Shown here piece after piece: positions 63,040-64,000 of a DNA stretch of 64,000 nt. The notes below the pieces were generated by a model. It had not been told where the DNA came from, ran no database searches, and worked only from the letters and a program-made list of their open reading frames with translations. The DNA lies in the NCBI GenBank assembly GCA_041937175.2, contig CP166615.1, positions 2,720,001 through 2,784,000 on the forward strand, in the 5' to 3' direction. The position numbers were made by a program, and so were the translations under genes. This stretch comes from Limnothrix sp. BL-A-16. GTDB lineage: Bacteria > Cyanobacteriota > Cyanobacteriia > CACIAM-69d. The stretch's first letter is position 1. The number at the start of each line of letters is the position of its first letter.

Positions 63040-64000
63040 TTAGAAACGGTAGGTGACGCTGAAATAGACTCCGGAATCTTGGGCATTGGAGCCGCGATCG
63101 TCCAAATCCACCAACGGCAGACCGTAATCTAAACGCACCAGGAAATCCGTGAAGGGTTCCCACAACAGCCCTGCTCCCGCGCCGATCAGAAACCGCTGAT
63201 CTGGGATGGAGTTGGGGTTGGTGCTGTGGTTCCACACATACCCCGCATCAATGAAGGGAGCCAAGGTGAGGGTGGGCGCGCCGGAGGAGTCGCGCAGCAG
63301 GGTAATGCGATCTTCCACGGACAGCCGAAAGCCGTTATCGCCCGATCGCACGTTTTGACGGAACCCGCGCACGGACTGCCCCCCACCGATCACAAACTGC
63401 TGTGAGGCTAATAATTCATCAAAGGCCAATTGCAAATCCGCTTGCAGAATCAGCAGATGGGTGGGATTCAGACGCTGAATTCGCTGAACCGTGCCGTTCC
63501 AGCTCAAAAACTGCCCGTCGGGGTCGTCGCCGCCGTTAGTGGTGGCATCCAACAGGCCGGTTCCTAGGTTGAACTGCGATCGCAACAACCAGGCTCCATT
63601 GGGGTCACGGCGCAGGTAATCTTGCCCAAACCGCAACACACTGGTGATGCTGCGGCCGTCTTCGTCGGGGCCAATGCCAAAGGGAAAGCCCACGTCATCA
63701 AACAGGAAGGTTTGACCGCGCTGGTGACTGAATCCGAGGGAAAGGGCAAATTCTTCGCGGGGCGATCGCACGAGGGGCTGGCGGTAAGTTACTTCATACA
63801 GTTGGGATTTGCCACGAATTCCCAATTCCGCAAACTGGGGCTGCACAATTTCGTTCCAGTTGGGCGAGAACCGAAACTGGATCGTGCCTTCCATGGGGTT
63901 CACGGGCAGACGATAGCCAAAATCCAGCACGTCGGCTCCGTCTTGCCAGGTGTGGCTGTAGCTGAAGCTGGCTTCATCGCCAATGCCCGTCAAATTGCGA
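63040..64000 (-). CDS. ShlB/FhaC/HecB family Omp85-type secretion/activation protein (C-terminal part; 5' end outside window)
   Basis: QFVIGGGQSVRGF, APFIDAG, RLDYGLPL, terminal YRF. Confidence 0.9.
   Translation of the reverse strand, partial: RNLTGIGDEASFSYSHTWQDGADVLDFGYRLPVNPMEGTIQFRFSPNWNEIVQPQFAELGIRGKSQLYEVTYRQPLVRSPREEFALSLGFSHQRGQTFLFDDVGFPFGIGPDEDGRSITSVLRFGQDYLRRDPNGAWLLRSQFNLGTGLLDATTNGGDDPDGQFLSWNGTVQRIQRLNPTHLLILQADLQLAFDELLASQQFVIGGGQSVRGFRQNVRSGDNGFRLSVEDRITLLRDSSGAPTLTLAPFIDAGYVWNHSTNPNSIPDQRFLIGAGAGLLWEPFTDFLVRLDYGLPLVDLDDRGSNAQDSGVYFSVTYRF

Overview
A cyanobacterial chromosome segment. The evidence is the very frequent HIP1 octamer GCGATCGC together with psaI, ldpA, a ycf45-like gene, an SLH porin and a cruE-like gene. 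Positions ~1.05-14.4 kb are an AT-rich, HIP1-poor, single-strand block of glycan genes: a triple-glycosyltransferase fusion, a FkbM methyltransferase, two DegT aminotransferases, two acetyltransferases, a dehydrogenase, an epimerase and a TPR-GT61 protein. It looks horizontally acquired and sits upstream of a native-looking GT4. The rest is mostly GC-rich core genome: ldpA, Tat-type SOD, aroA, tRNA-Leu(UAG), pyrF/pyrE fusion, psaI (missed by the ORF track), queE, rsmI, an InrS-like repressor, cysS, cobH, hemA, glpX, porin, GAF-HD-GYP, a CrtU/CruE-like oxidoreductase, larE, an RTX protein and a partial ShlB/FhaC. Mobile DNA comprises an IS5-family element split at an A8 frameshift site, an adjacent MITE with the same ends, a second MITE family with 3-bp TWA duplications and a shared palindromic core, and a GTAG-type REP doublet. 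The best candidate for an uncharacterised system is a translationally coupled pair, an SPL-family radical SAM gene and a methyltransferase-fold gene, lying between the divergent pyrF/pyrE fusion and tRNA-Leu. No CRISPR array or rRNA was seen. All assignments come from reading the sequence and motifs by eye; no searches were run.
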